A DNA stretch of 64,000 bases from Legionellales bacterium (GTDB taxonomy: Bacteria; Pseudomonadota; Gammaproteobacteria; JAGOUN01), in assembly GCA_027486005.1 (NCBI GenBank), contig JAIXPZ010000060.1:3088-67087 (forward strand), in the 5' to 3' direction. The first letter of the stretch is position 1, and each line of letters starts with the position of its first letter. Position numbers and translations under genes: made by a program. Of the stretch, positions 49,110 to 59,075 are shown piece after piece. The notes under the pieces are model-generated. The model did no database searches, had not been told where the DNA came from, and saw nothing but the letters and a program-made list of their open reading frames with translations.

Positions 49110-50933
49110 CTAGCTCTTAGTCTTAAGCCTAACCGTTGCAAACAGCGGCGAATCAGTCACTGCAAGATTAGGCGCAGTTTCTAGTGTTTCGATTAAAGGA
49201 CGTAACGTTTCTTTATACGGTAACAGACACACATATGGATCTTCTGCAAGAAGATTACGCTCCCTGCTGCCACAAGGCCATGCGTGAGCAGCCCATAGCA
49301 TATCAAAATATGGCAACACTAAAACATCCGCCGTTCCATCGGTGAGCATCTTTACTCCAGCAGAAATTTTTTCAGCATCCAACGGTTCGCCTGTGTCTCC
49401 TGACGCAACCATTTCTGCTGGCCAATACTCTTTTGCATCTATCAAATTCTTATCTCCGCCAATATTGAAAGTGCGAAAACCTGCTGTTGGCGCTAAATAA
49501 TTCGCAAAAAAATCATTTCTCCAAGGAATAAAAGCAACTATTTTATTTTTATTGATTCGTTGTTTTAGCTCAGAAATAAGCATTTGGTCAATATTAAAAA
49601 ACTGCGTTCGTTGATCAATATTGAGCCGAACTTTTTGTGAAAGATTGGGCAGATTAAGCAAAATGATAATAAAGATTACGCCACTCCAAATCCTCTTACC
49701 TCTTCTTTGCGTCTTCGCAACACAAATCATGACTAACCACCATAACGCGAAAATTTCAAGCGCAGACCAGCGATAAGTCGAACGCATATTGTTGAATCCT
49801 GGCAAAGCTTTAGACATCCAGGCATTTCCTGTTGGCATCACCGCAAGACTGGCCGGCATTGCCGAACCAAGTTGCTGATCTTGTGGCTTGACTGAGTTAA
49901 TTTTTAATGAAGGACCAAGTGACATATAAAATCCAAATACTGCAATCAGGATAATGCCTTTAGCTAGCTTGATGTTTTTCCTGGTCAAACACCATGCAAT
50001 AAGCCCTGCAAGAATAATCGGCAAAGAAAATGTAGTCAGCCATGCAGATGCATCACCAAAATAGAGTTTATCGGAGCGCTCCACACTCAAGCCAAGCACA
50101 TCAAACAGCCAATGAACCCCTTGTGTTGGAATAGCAATAAAAGAGAGATCCAACCCAAATCCTCTGAAGATATCAATCGGCGACTTAGTAAAATGTGCTC
50201 GGCCAATAAAAATACTGTAAAGTGTATAAGCAAAAATAAAACTAGCAATGTGCACAGGTAAAACTATGCGCTTGTAGATCGGACGAAGCTCAACGCGCGT
50301 CTTCATCATAAACGCCAATAAAATAGTGGCGCCAGTGAAAAACATCATGAAGGTATATCCATCCATAAAAACAGATAGAATCACCGCTAACAAATAAAAA
50401 AGAATAACTGATCGAGAAGGTTTATCTAGGGAAGATTCAATCAAAAAAAGCTTCATCGCGGCAAGAAAATAACAAGACAGAAGACCCATGCCTAAAGACA
50501 GCATGCTATATCCTGAATGATTCCAAATAACTGGCATACTCATCCATGCAACCGCTCCCAGCAAAGCCAGCGATCGCGTGTTACCAAATTTGCGCGCAAT
50601 CATATAAGCAGAGCAAAAGGCAACCGTTATCCAAAGCATAACCATAGTAGCATAAGCATCCGGCGCAGCAAAACCTAGTCGAAGTAATAGACTGGCTGGC
50701 CAAGCTCCTGCCAATCCAAAGGCAATCGCCGCCGGCTTGGGAATACCAAAATCATGCGCGTAAATAGTGAAAAAAGAACCATGGGTAAACGACTCGGCAA
50801 ACCCCATAGTCCACACTGCTTGACCTAAGGTGGGAATCATTAAAAAAGGAACTGCGCCTTGTAAAAACACTATAAAAACAAGCGCTATTACTGCGAAAAC
50901 CACTTCCCAAACTGTCCACTTTTGATAACTCAT
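49110..50933 (-). CDS. GT-C-like polytopic membrane glycosyltransferase candidate (11-12 TM plus a ~200-aa C-terminal periplasmic domain)
   Basis: 607 aa with the ArnT/PMT/GtrC-like architecture and a first-loop acidic motif (YAHDFGIP). It is the last gene of the GT2-flippase-like operon. Confidence 0.5.
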   Translation of the reverse strand: MSYQKWTVWEVVFAVIALVFIVFLQGAVPFLMIPTLGQAVWTMGFAESFTHGSFFTIYAHDFGIPKPAAIAFGLAGAWPASLLLRLGFAAPDAYATMVMLWITVAFCSAYMIARKFGNTRSLALLGAVAWMSMPVIWNHSGYSMLSLGMGLLSCYFLAAMKLFLIESSLDKPSRSVILFYLLAVILSVFMDGYTFMMFFTGATILLAFMMKTRVELRPIYKRIVLPVHIASFIFAYTLYSIFIGRAHFTKSPIDIFRGFGLDLSFIAIPTQGVHWLFDVLGLSVERSDKLYFGDASAWLTTFSLPIILAGLIAWCLTRKNIKLAKGIILIAVFGFYMSLGPSLKINSVKPQDQQLGSAMPASLAVMPTGNAWMSKALPGFNNMRSTYRWSALEIFALWWLVMICVAKTQRRGKRIWSGVIFIIILLNLPNLSQKVRLNIDQRTQFFNIDQMLISELKQRINKNKIVAFIPWRNDFFANYLAPTAGFRTFNIGGDKNLIDAKEYWPAEMVASGDTGEPLDAEKISAGVKMLTDGTADVLVLPYFDMLWAAHAWPCGSRERNLLAEDPYVCLLPYKETLRPLIETLETAPNLAVTDSPLFATVRLKTKS

Positions 50934-51820
50934 GATTTTTCTCTGATAATTGATCGTTGATAATATTTCGCTGGGATTAAAAAAGCCATCATAAAAAATA
51001 ATAGATCACCAAGCACCGTAATTATTCGCCCAAGCACCACGGCAACGAGCAAGTCAGCTTCTTTTACAATACTTTTAAGCAATAATAATAAAATTAATTC
51101 TCTGACGCCGGCGCCAGCAGGAGCCCCTGGCGTTACCAACCCGACTAGCCAAGCAATGATATAGGACCCGCCTATCAACAAATATGTTTGCGGAGAAAAT
51201 AGTGAACCGTGCGCAATCACATCGAGAAGAATAATAAATATGCCGCCAGAAATTGCTTGCAACAACAGTAAACTGCCAAATGCTTTTGACACCAATAAAC
51301 CAAACAATCTACTTAGCAAAAAGACGGCCACACCAACAGAAATAACTAATAAAATAATACTTAATAAAGATGAAAACTCAGGCAATATGGCGGGTAAAAT
51401 TAACCAACCATACATGCTTCCCGCAGTGGCAGCTAAACCTAACTCCCAAATTATCGACTTAAGCAATTTTCCACTGGGGGCGCCTACCGACATGCCCATC
51501 ACCTGTCGCCCAGCAAGATGAAAAATATTACCCGGAACATATTTAGCAAGTTGAGAAACACCATACACATGGAACGCCCATAGTCGCGCAACATGAATAT
51601 CAAACGATTTTAGTAAATTCCACCACGTCAGTGTAAACAGTAGACTGCTGGCTAACCCATAAAGTATGGCTAGTCCTGCAATCACTAACCAAGCCACTGG
51701 AGAAATCTGCGAGAGATCAAGACTGCTCCAATGATCATGCAAACGCAAGGCAACAAAACCAACACCTACTATTGCAAAGCCGCTGCCTGCACAATGGAGG
51801 ATTCTTTTTTTTGCGATCAT
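50930..51820 (-). CDS. Flippase-like membrane protein (lysyl-phosphatidylglycerol-synthase TM-region / UPF0104 family)
   Basis: 296 aa with ~8 TM segments. It overlaps both neighbours by 4 nt, and this family is commonly partnered with polyprenyl-phosphate GT2 enzymes. Confidence 0.5.
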   Translation of the reverse strand: MIAKKRILHCAGSGFAIVGVGFVALRLHDHWSSLDLSQISPVAWLVIAGLAILYGLASSLLFTLTWWNLLKSFDIHVARLWAFHVYGVSQLAKYVPGNIFHLAGRQVMGMSVGAPSGKLLKSIIWELGLAATAGSMYGWLILPAILPEFSSLLSIILLVISVGVAVFLLSRLFGLLVSKAFGSLLLLQAISGGIFIILLDVIAHGSLFSPQTYLLIGGSYIIAWLVGLVTPGAPAGAGVRELILLLLLKSIVKEADLLVAVVLGRIITVLGDLLFFMMAFLIPAKYYQRSIIREKS

Positions 51821-52776
51821 TTTTTTAGATCAACATTTTCATTCTTCGATAAATTAGCCGCTTTAATACGAATATCTTCCAGTAGCTGTCGATTCGCAGA
51901 TAACAAATCCGCGACAAAAGCGATAAGTATGGTTTGGAAGCCAATACCTAATAACACTGAGGCCAAGATGAGCGATTGAATATGGCCCTGCCCCGCGCCG
52001 GAAAAATATTTCCATAAAAAATCTAAACCGATTAAAAATCCAGCACCAAATAACAACACTCCAATGGTGCCAAAAAAAGCAAAAGGACGATAAATCACAA
52101 AAATACGAACAATCGTCACAATACTGCGCTTGATGTAAGAAGGAATATTTTTCACTAAGCGAGATTCACGCAAATCTGCATTGACTCGAATCGGCACCGA
52201 GGTAATAGCGATATTTCTTCGCCCTGCTTGAATGATAGTCTCTAAGGTGTAGGTGTAATCATTGAAAACAATCAATTGTTGCGCAGCAACTCGGCTAATC
52301 GCACGAAACCCACTGGGCGCATCAGGAATGTCAGTTTTACTCGCCACCCGAACCGCCCAACTCCCCAATTTTTGTAATAGTTTTTTAATCGGTGAAAAAT
52401 GCCCTATCGTTGAAATCGGTCGCGCTCCAACCACTAAATCCGCTCGGCCTTCAACAATTGGCGAAACAAGCGCGGGAATATCGCTAGCATTGTATTGATT
52501 ATCAGCATCTGTATTAACAATAACGTCCGCGCCAAAATGTAAACATGCATCAATGCCGGACATAAATGCTCGAGCTAAACCTTTATTACCCGCATGCCGT
52601 ACGACATGATCTACTCCATGCGCCTTAGCAACCTCAATGGTATTATCGCTACTTCCATCATCAATAATTAACCACTCAACGCTATCAAACCCTGGAACGG
52701 AGCGAGGTAAGGCAGCTAAAGTAATCGGCAATGATTGCGCTTCATTGAGGCAAGGTATTTGGATGATCAGTTTCAA
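51817..52776 (-). CDS. GT2 polyprenyl-phosphate glycosyltransferase (DPM1/GtrB/ArnC-like)
   Basis: The N-terminus has a CLNEA...IIDDGSSD...TDAD DXD-type GT-A fold. Two C-terminal TM helices are present, as in GtrB/ArnC. Confidence 0.8.
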   Translation of the reverse strand: MKLIIQIPCLNEAQSLPITLAALPRSVPGFDSVEWLIIDDGSSDNTIEVAKAHGVDHVVRHAGNKGLARAFMSGIDACLHFGADVIVNTDADNQYNASDIPALVSPIVEGRADLVVGARPISTIGHFSPIKKLLQKLGSWAVRVASKTDIPDAPSGFRAISRVAAQQLIVFNDYTYTLETIIQAGRRNIAITSVPIRVNADLRESRLVKNIPSYIKRSIVTIVRIFVIYRPFAFFGTIGVLLFGAGFLIGLDFLWKYFSGAGQGHIQSLILASVLLGIGFQTILIAFVADLLSANRQLLEDIRIKAANLSKNENVDLKK

Positions 52777-52920
52777 TGGTTAAAACCCAATCTTTTATAA
52801 ATAAGTCGCCCATTCTAATCTGCGGACATAGGGAAGAGCAACGTTAAATCCGCTAGTTATCTATTTGATCGCCACGATTTCAAAAAGGACACCTAAAGGA
52901 AGTCATAGTAAGCAAATAGT

Positions 52921-53985
52921 TTAAGGTCTAGGCAAACCTCTTTTAATCATAAACTCCACCTCCTCATTTGCATTCATGTATCGAATGACCACTTGAGCAT
53001 TTTTTAACGGATATACTCGAAAAATTTCATCCACAAATCCTTGTCCGATAGCTTTAACCTTTGAAAAATCCAACATAATCCGCGTGAAAGGTTCGAGCCT
53101 AGATAAGAGACGCTTTGCCTGGGATCGCGAGATTAAGCGCTCACCTTCCAACTGACTTAAATCCACCAACAAATCTGTCGCTACAAATGCATAATCTTCT
53201 TGCTCAGTATAGTCATTAAAAATATGCGTAATTTTTCTAGTACTATTTACATTAATTAACATGGAAATTTTTGACCCATTTTTAACGTCACTTTTTTCTA
53301 AAGTCCAATCTTTCTCAAGATTATTTCTATAAAAACATAATTCATTAGCTTCTAAATAAAATTCATCAAAAATACGGGAAGTGAAAAATATCCCCTCGCC
53401 AGTGTGGTTAATTGGATCTGTAGTTAGCTTACCCTTTGTCAAGTGTAACAAGCATTCTCTGTAACTATCAAAATGATAACTCTGTTTAATGCGAGAAAAA
53501 ACCCCAATCCCGTCATCTTGAATCACTAGCGAAAGAGTTTCGCCTACTCGCTGAAATGAGATATCAATTTTTTTTCCCTGTGAATGATCAATGGCATTAT
53601 TTAAAATTTCTGTAAATCCATATTCAAGAATTGAAACAACGCTCTGGTTTAAGCCAATAGTTGGCTTGGCCATGTGAGCCTCCCAAATGCTTACCTCTTG
53701 TAATGCCTTGGTTAACTTTAATGAAAAATGAATAGAATTCGAACTATTTATTTCGTAGCAAGCCTTACGTGTAGTACCTGTTTTTATGATTTTATTCTGC
53801 TGCTGTAACCAATTAAGATGTCGATGAACTGTCATACGACTTACGTTGAACTTTTCCATTGTTACAGTAATAATTTCAACAGGGTGTTTAGGAATAATTT
53901 TAAGCAAAAATGCTCGTATTTCCTCAGGTGACGGAATCATAATCTCTTCTTTTATTTGTAACATGTTACATATAAATAATAACAT
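52921..53985 (-). CDS. Fusion protein: N-terminal winged HTH + GHKL (HATPase_c/RsbW-like) ATPase-kinase domain + C-terminal STAS-like (DUF4325-like) domain
   Basis: HTH: FNVSRMTVHRHLNWLQQQNKI. GHKL N-box/G-box-like: LNNAIDHS...DDGIGVF...GEGIFF. The C-terminal ~100 aa (FSKVKAIGQGFVDEIFRV) resemble STAS-like domains. Confidence 0.45.
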   Translation of the reverse strand: MLLFICNMLQIKEEIMIPSPEEIRAFLLKIIPKHPVEIITVTMEKFNVSRMTVHRHLNWLQQQNKIIKTGTTRKACYEINSSNSIHFSLKLTKALQEVSIWEAHMAKPTIGLNQSVVSILEYGFTEILNNAIDHSQGKKIDISFQRVGETLSLVIQDDGIGVFSRIKQSYHFDSYRECLLHLTKGKLTTDPINHTGEGIFFTSRIFDEFYLEANELCFYRNNLEKDWTLEKSDVKNGSKISMLINVNSTRKITHIFNDYTEQEDYAFVATDLLVDLSQLEGERLISRSQAKRLLSRLEPFTRIMLDFSKVKAIGQGFVDEIFRVYPLKNAQVVIRYMNANEEVEFMIKRGLPRP

Positions 53986-53986
53986 G

Positions 53987-54283
53987 TTACCAAAATAGAT
54001 TCAAGGCGCTGCACTGAAGCTCAGGGACTTTTTGTATCTCATCGATAATAATCGGATAGGTCAATTTATTTTTATTTTGAGCAAGAATTTCCTCGCGCAT
54101 TAAATAGGGCGAATGAGTAAACCTTGTCAATTGGCGTGTATCAAGCAAGTCATAATAAAGTGAGGATGGATATTTTTCTTTTAAAAACAGCGACTTACCA
54201 GTCTGCCTTGCTCCCCATAAAAAAATTGACTGCTTTTCAGGCAAGTGTAGGCTTAAAATTCTTTTATACATTTGACTGTCCAT
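53987..54283 (-). pseudogene. N-terminal fragment of an AAA_14/DUF4143-type P-loop ATPase
   Basis: 98 aa containing Walker A GARQTGKS and Walker B IIIDEIQ, then an immediate stop. Full-length members are ~400 aa. Its stop abuts the start of the HTH-GHKL gene. Confidence 0.5.
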
Positions 54284-54363
54284 TCTTCAAAAAAGACAAC
54301 CAAACGAAATGATGGTAACCAAATGGTTTAAAGTCAACGATTAAAGAAAACAGGCCTTTCATT

Positions 54364-55574
54364 TCAGGATGGCTGCTGCCTACTTGACGATTGAGCCAAT
54401 CTCACCGTTGCAAATAACGAAGAATCAACCACCTCAAGACCAGGTTGCGCCGCCCATAACATATCAAAATAGGGCAACACTAAAACATCCGCCGTTCCAT
54501 CGGTGAGCATCTTTACTCCAGCAGAAATTTTTTTTGCATCTAAAGTGGCGCCTCCTGACGCTAACATTTCCGCAGGCCAATGTTTTTGTGCATCAATCAA
54601 ATTTTTGTCTCCACCAATATTGTAGGCACGAAAACCAGCAGTTGGCGCTAAATAATTGGCAAAGAAAATGTCGTTATCCAAATAGATGCATCGCCAAAAA
54701 AAACACTATCCGATCGTGCTACGCTAAAACCAAGTAAATCTGGCAACCAATGCACCCCTTTCGTTGGGATAGCAATAAAGGAGAGATCAAGCCCCCAACC
54801 TCTAAAGAAATCAATGCTAGCTTTATCGAAATGTGATCGACCAATAAATATTCCATAAAGAGCATACGCTATAATAAAACTTATTATGTGTACCGGCAAA
54901 ACGACTCGCTTCAGCATCGGCCTAAGCTCAATCTGAGTCTTTATCGTAAAAACCAATAAAATAGTTGCGCCAGTGAAAAACATCATGAATGTATATCCAT
55001 CCATAAAAACAGACACTATGGCTGCAAAAAAATATAATATGATTGTTAACCGAGAAGGCTTTTCAGCAGTAGATGTAATTAAAAACAATTTCATTGCCGC
55101 AAGAAAATAAAAAGCCAGCAAACCAATACCTAAAGAAAGCATGCAATAACCTGCATGATTCCAAATAACGGGCATGCTCATCCAGACAATTGCCCCCAGT
55201 AAAGCGGTTGATCGAGTGTTTCCAAACTTACGTGCGATGATATAAGCGGAAAAAAAAGCCACACTTAGCCAAGCCATTATCATGGCTGCATAGACATCTG
55301 GCGCATGCAAACCTAATCGAAGAAATATACTTGCTGGCCAAGCACCCGCTAATCCAAACGCAATAGCCGCGGGCTTGGGGATACCGAAATCATGCGCATA
55401 AATAGTAAAAAAAGAATCATGTACAAACGATGCCGCATATCCCATTGTCCACACTGATTGACCTAAAGTGGGGATCATTAAAAATGGAATAGCTCCTTGT
55501 AGAAACAATACAAAAATATACGCCACCACCGCAAGAATGACTTCCCACGTTTTCCATTTCTGATGATTATCCAT
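54364..55574 (-). pseudogene. Degraded paralog of the GT-C-like membrane protein 49110..50933 (internal deletion plus frameshift)
   Basis: Two overlapping ORFs. The first (54648..55574) matches residues 1-~300 and the second (54364..54681) matches residues ~470-590 of the intact copy. Stretches of >50 nt are identical (e.g. 49321..49372 = 54481..54532). Confidence 0.7.
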
Positions 55575-55702
55575 GATTTTTCTCTGAAAATTGACTTTGC
55601 TTAGCTAGAATTAAAAACGCGAATGCATAGTTGAGCAAGCATTCTAATAAGCAAGCTGTTGAAAAGCAACTTCTAATAAAGCTCTGTTTTTATACTTAGG
55701 CC

Positions 55703-57010
55703 CTATTCTAAGTTCTCAAAAATCTTTAACCGCGACAAAGTCTCTTCATCAAAGAAAAATGCATCAGGAGCCTCAGACCAACGCGAAATAGTATTGGAAA
55801 AATAATGTATTGCATTGAGTATTGGCGCTGACTTACTCAATGCCAGTGCTGTTTCAATTAAACCTGATACATAATTTTCGACAGTAAATGTCATTGATGC
55901 CCATCGTCGCCCTTCTTCGGAAATTGTCTTACAATAAGCTGGATCCTTATACAGTAGCTCTAACGTTTTCTGTAGTTCCGCAAGTTCATTTTTATAATTT
56001 ATTTTTACAACGCAAGAAGATGGCAGCTCACTATAGAAACCAGCATCAGTCACTATTGTTGGCTTTCCATTCAGCAATGCCTCTATAAGAGAAGCTGATG
56101 CTGCTTCGAGACACGGCCAACGCAAGCAACTCATAACATCACATTCTTCAATGGCACTTATCAAGTCATGCTCTTCCAATTCACCAGAGATAACTAAAGT
56201 TACTCCATTCGTTTTAGCTAAATCAGTAAGGCGGGATGCCATATCTTCTTGGATAGCCCCAACTAAATGGTAAATGCAGCGCTTCTTCAATACAGAACTA
56301 TTAGCTATGGCCTTAATAACACTTTCAGCTCGCTTATTAAGGTTAACGTGTCCAATGGTCAACACCACAAATTTATCCAAGCAATCTGAAGCTTGAGTCT
56401 TTGCTTTAGAGCTTATATCCGACGGTTTATTATAGCCTAATGGAAGAAGCCTCACTGGGCCGGCGCATGCTTTTAATACACGTTCGCTTTCCCAACCACT
56501 ATGAGTAATCACTGAATTTGCCATAGAGCAAATCCACTCAGTCATCGGAGCTACCTTTCTTGTACCTTCGATAAAAGCTTCAGAGGAAGAATAATTAAAA
56601 TAGTCATTTGCAACATCTTCACTATACCAAGTGCATAATATTTTTTTTGCTTGCGAATAATCATGCTGAAACCGCGCCCAAAAAAGATGGCCTAGAAAAA
56701 AATCGTGCAAAACAACAGTCCCCATCCATTTTTCTAACCAAGCTAATCCGCCTTGGTGAAATTCATAATTATCCCCAATTTGATAAATCAATGAATCAGC
56801 GTTTCGAACAATATTTTCCACTCTTTGCTTATCAGTCCATTTCATTACAGAAACGCCAAAATTATGCATCGCGCTATCTAAAATTGCCTCTGACTCTGTT
56901 CTAACAATTGTGACTTGATGTCCACGTGTCAAAAGCTCTCCCGAGATTAACGCTGAACATTTCGCTATAGCAGATTTTTTACTTGCCGGGGTAAAAATGA
57001 CTAATTTCAT
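55703..57010 (-). CDS. Glycosyltransferase family 4 (GT-B, 'group 1')
   Basis: 435 aa with a C-terminal Glycos_transf_1-like region containing the E..(8)..E motif. Confidence 0.75.
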   Translation of the reverse strand: MKLVIFTPASKKSAIAKCSALISGELLTRGHQVTIVRTESEAILDSAMHNFGVSVMKWTDKQRVENIVRNADSLIYQIGDNYEFHQGGLAWLEKWMGTVVLHDFFLGHLFWARFQHDYSQAKKILCTWYSEDVANDYFNYSSSEAFIEGTRKVAPMTEWICSMANSVITHSGWESERVLKACAGPVRLLPLGYNKPSDISSKAKTQASDCLDKFVVLTIGHVNLNKRAESVIKAIANSSVLKKRCIYHLVGAIQEDMASRLTDLAKTNGVTLVISGELEEHDLISAIEECDVMSCLRWPCLEAASASLIEALLNGKPTIVTDAGFYSELPSSCVVKINYKNELAELQKTLELLYKDPAYCKTISEEGRRWASMTFTVENYVSGLIETALALSKSAPILNAIHYFSNTISRWSEAPDAFFFDEETLSRLKIFENLE

Positions 57011-58074
57011 CGTAAAAGCTTCTCTATAGTTTGCGGCCAGTTAACCTCTAAACTTTTCCAAAGAGCCTGGGCAGCTAACCCATAACATTTAGTGCGAACG
57101 GTATCGTTGAAAACCGTATTCATTATCTGTGCTAAAGATTCGGGATTAGGCCCAGCCACCCAACCAGTCTCTTCATGTTTAGCAAGACCGAGTATGCCAC
57201 CACTGTCATGTGTAGAAATGAGAGCTTTTGCAGCGGTAGCAGCTTCCATTGCTACATATCCCAAAGAATCTTCATCAAAGGGCAAGTAAGCAACTGCAGC
57301 AGCATTATTAACATAGTTGGCGTAAACTTGCTGAGGCAAAAAACGTAAATCAATTTTTACCCTGTCCCTTAAACCCAAACGCTCCACCATTTGAACAATT
57401 CTTTGCACATCTGCTTGTGTGTCGGGCGGACCCGCAATAATGAGTTTAACGCGTTTGTCAGTAAGAGCTAATGCTTCCAATAAAAGATGCTGGCGTTTCA
57501 TACTACAAATTCGTCCGCCTGCAAAAATATAATCACCAACTTCGCCCCCAATATATATTTCAGGATCATTTACCGGCGGCAGTAAAACTTTTGACTCAAA
57601 TCCATTATATTTAAGCAGCCTTCGCTGAGTAATTTCTGAATTAGTAAAAATGCAGCGGCTTTCTGAGAAACACTCATTATCAGCGTTTTTAATCCAGACT
57701 CGTAATTTTTCACCTTCTGGGCCAGAAGGCAGATTAGTTTGACCCACATCGTATAAATCATATGCTTGACGATATTGATGCAGTAACCACAGCGTTTTTT
57801 GAGAATGACGAATTAAATAGGCTGGAAATTTAAGTGCAATAACATGGTCAACATTAGACAATTCAAATGCACGTACCATTAATGTTTGCGAAAAAATACG
57901 CGACGCAGGCTCCCACTGAAAAGGAATACGCAATATTTCAGCCTCATGCCCGGCAATAACAAGATTTTTTTGCAAATTTACTGCCAGCTCTTCTGCTCCA
58001 CCCCAAATAAATGGCGCCATATTATTCACCACAAGAACTTTCATGCAAGCAACCTCTCTAATACATGCTGCCAA
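57007..58074 (-). CDS. Glycosyltransferase family 4
   Basis: 355 aa with a GT-B fold and a C-terminal ...GGILGLAKHEETGW nucleotide-sugar-binding region. It overlaps its neighbours. Confidence 0.75.
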   Translation of the reverse strand: MAACIREVACMKVLVVNNMAPFIWGGAEELAVNLQKNLVIAGHEAEILRIPFQWEPASRIFSQTLMVRAFELSNVDHVIALKFPAYLIRHSQKTLWLLHQYRQAYDLYDVGQTNLPSGPEGEKLRVWIKNADNECFSESRCIFTNSEITQRRLLKYNGFESKVLLPPVNDPEIYIGGEVGDYIFAGGRICSMKRQHLLLEALALTDKRVKLIIAGPPDTQADVQRIVQMVERLGLRDRVKIDLRFLPQQVYANYVNNAAAVAYLPFDEDSLGYVAMEAATAAKALISTHDSGGILGLAKHEETGWVAGPNPESLAQIMNTVFNDTVRTKCYGLAAQALWKSLEVNWPQTIEKLLR

Positions 58075-59075
58075 GAAATATGTAGTGTTACTACACGCTG
58101 GGCAGCCCTTTTCCCCATCATAATGGTTTTTGCACGATCCAAATATAATTTATCCATTGCTCCTGCTAACGCTTTTGGATCAGCTTCAGTCACATATCCA
58201 TTAACGCCATCTTGTACTAATTCGAGCACGCCGCCAGAATCAAAAGTAGTTAATATTGGCTTTGATGCATGACTTGCTTCTAGACTAGGGTAACCATAAG
58301 AATCTTCATCGATAGGAAGATAAGCTGCTGCTAAACAATGCGCTAGAATTTCTACTTTTTCTTCTTCACTGATCCAACGATTTTCAAGAAAAACACGATT
58401 TTCCAGCCCTAAAACTGTAATTCTTTTAATAAGCTCATCAATATATATTCTACTCTCACCAACACCGCATAACCGTAAATGTATTGGAGTTTTTACATAC
58501 TGCATGGCTTCAATCAAAAGGTGCTGACGCTTATGATGCTCGACTCGACAGATATAAACAATTTCATCATTGAACTTAGCGCAATAAAAACGCTCCGGTT
58601 GAAAGACCGGCGGATACAAAACTTCGCTCTCAATTTTATTATAAGTGCTGAGACGATCAGAAACTATTTGGCTATTAGTAAATATTTTTTTAGCTTCACG
58701 TAACCCAGCAGTATCTACACAGCGTAAAGTATCACGAATCCCTTGATGCTTGAAATCATCTGGAAAACCGCGATAAGGCGTTTCCCACAAGTCGTAAAAA
58801 GCTCGAATATGATGAATAAACCATAAAATTTTATGCGGATGTGAAATCAAATGCGCCTGAGGTCGAAAACAAATAACTCTATCTGCTATGCTTAAATCAA
58901 TCCAACGATAAGCCATCATTTGCTGAACGAGTAAATCAGGAACATCCACCTCAGGCAAATAAATTTTTTCAACCTGATGGCCCTGCTCTTCCAGCATAAT
59001 TTGCAACCAATCAACAATGTTTCTCGCACCGCCATAAATAAAAGGCACAAACGAAGAACATAATGCGATTTTCAT
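58041..59075 (-). CDS. Glycosyltransferase family 4
   Basis: 344 aa; paralogous to the preceding GT (FDSGGVLELVQDGVNGY). Confidence 0.75.
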   Translation of the reverse strand: MKIALCSSFVPFIYGGARNIVDWLQIMLEEQGHQVEKIYLPEVDVPDLLVQQMMAYRWIDLSIADRVICFRPQAHLISHPHKILWFIHHIRAFYDLWETPYRGFPDDFKHQGIRDTLRCVDTAGLREAKKIFTNSQIVSDRLSTYNKIESEVLYPPVFQPERFYCAKFNDEIVYICRVEHHKRQHLLIEAMQYVKTPIHLRLCGVGESRIYIDELIKRITVLGLENRVFLENRWISEEEKVEILAHCLAAAYLPIDEDSYGYPSLEASHASKPILTTFDSGGVLELVQDGVNGYVTEADPKALAGAMDKLYLDRAKTIMMGKRAAQRVVTLHISWQHVLERLLA

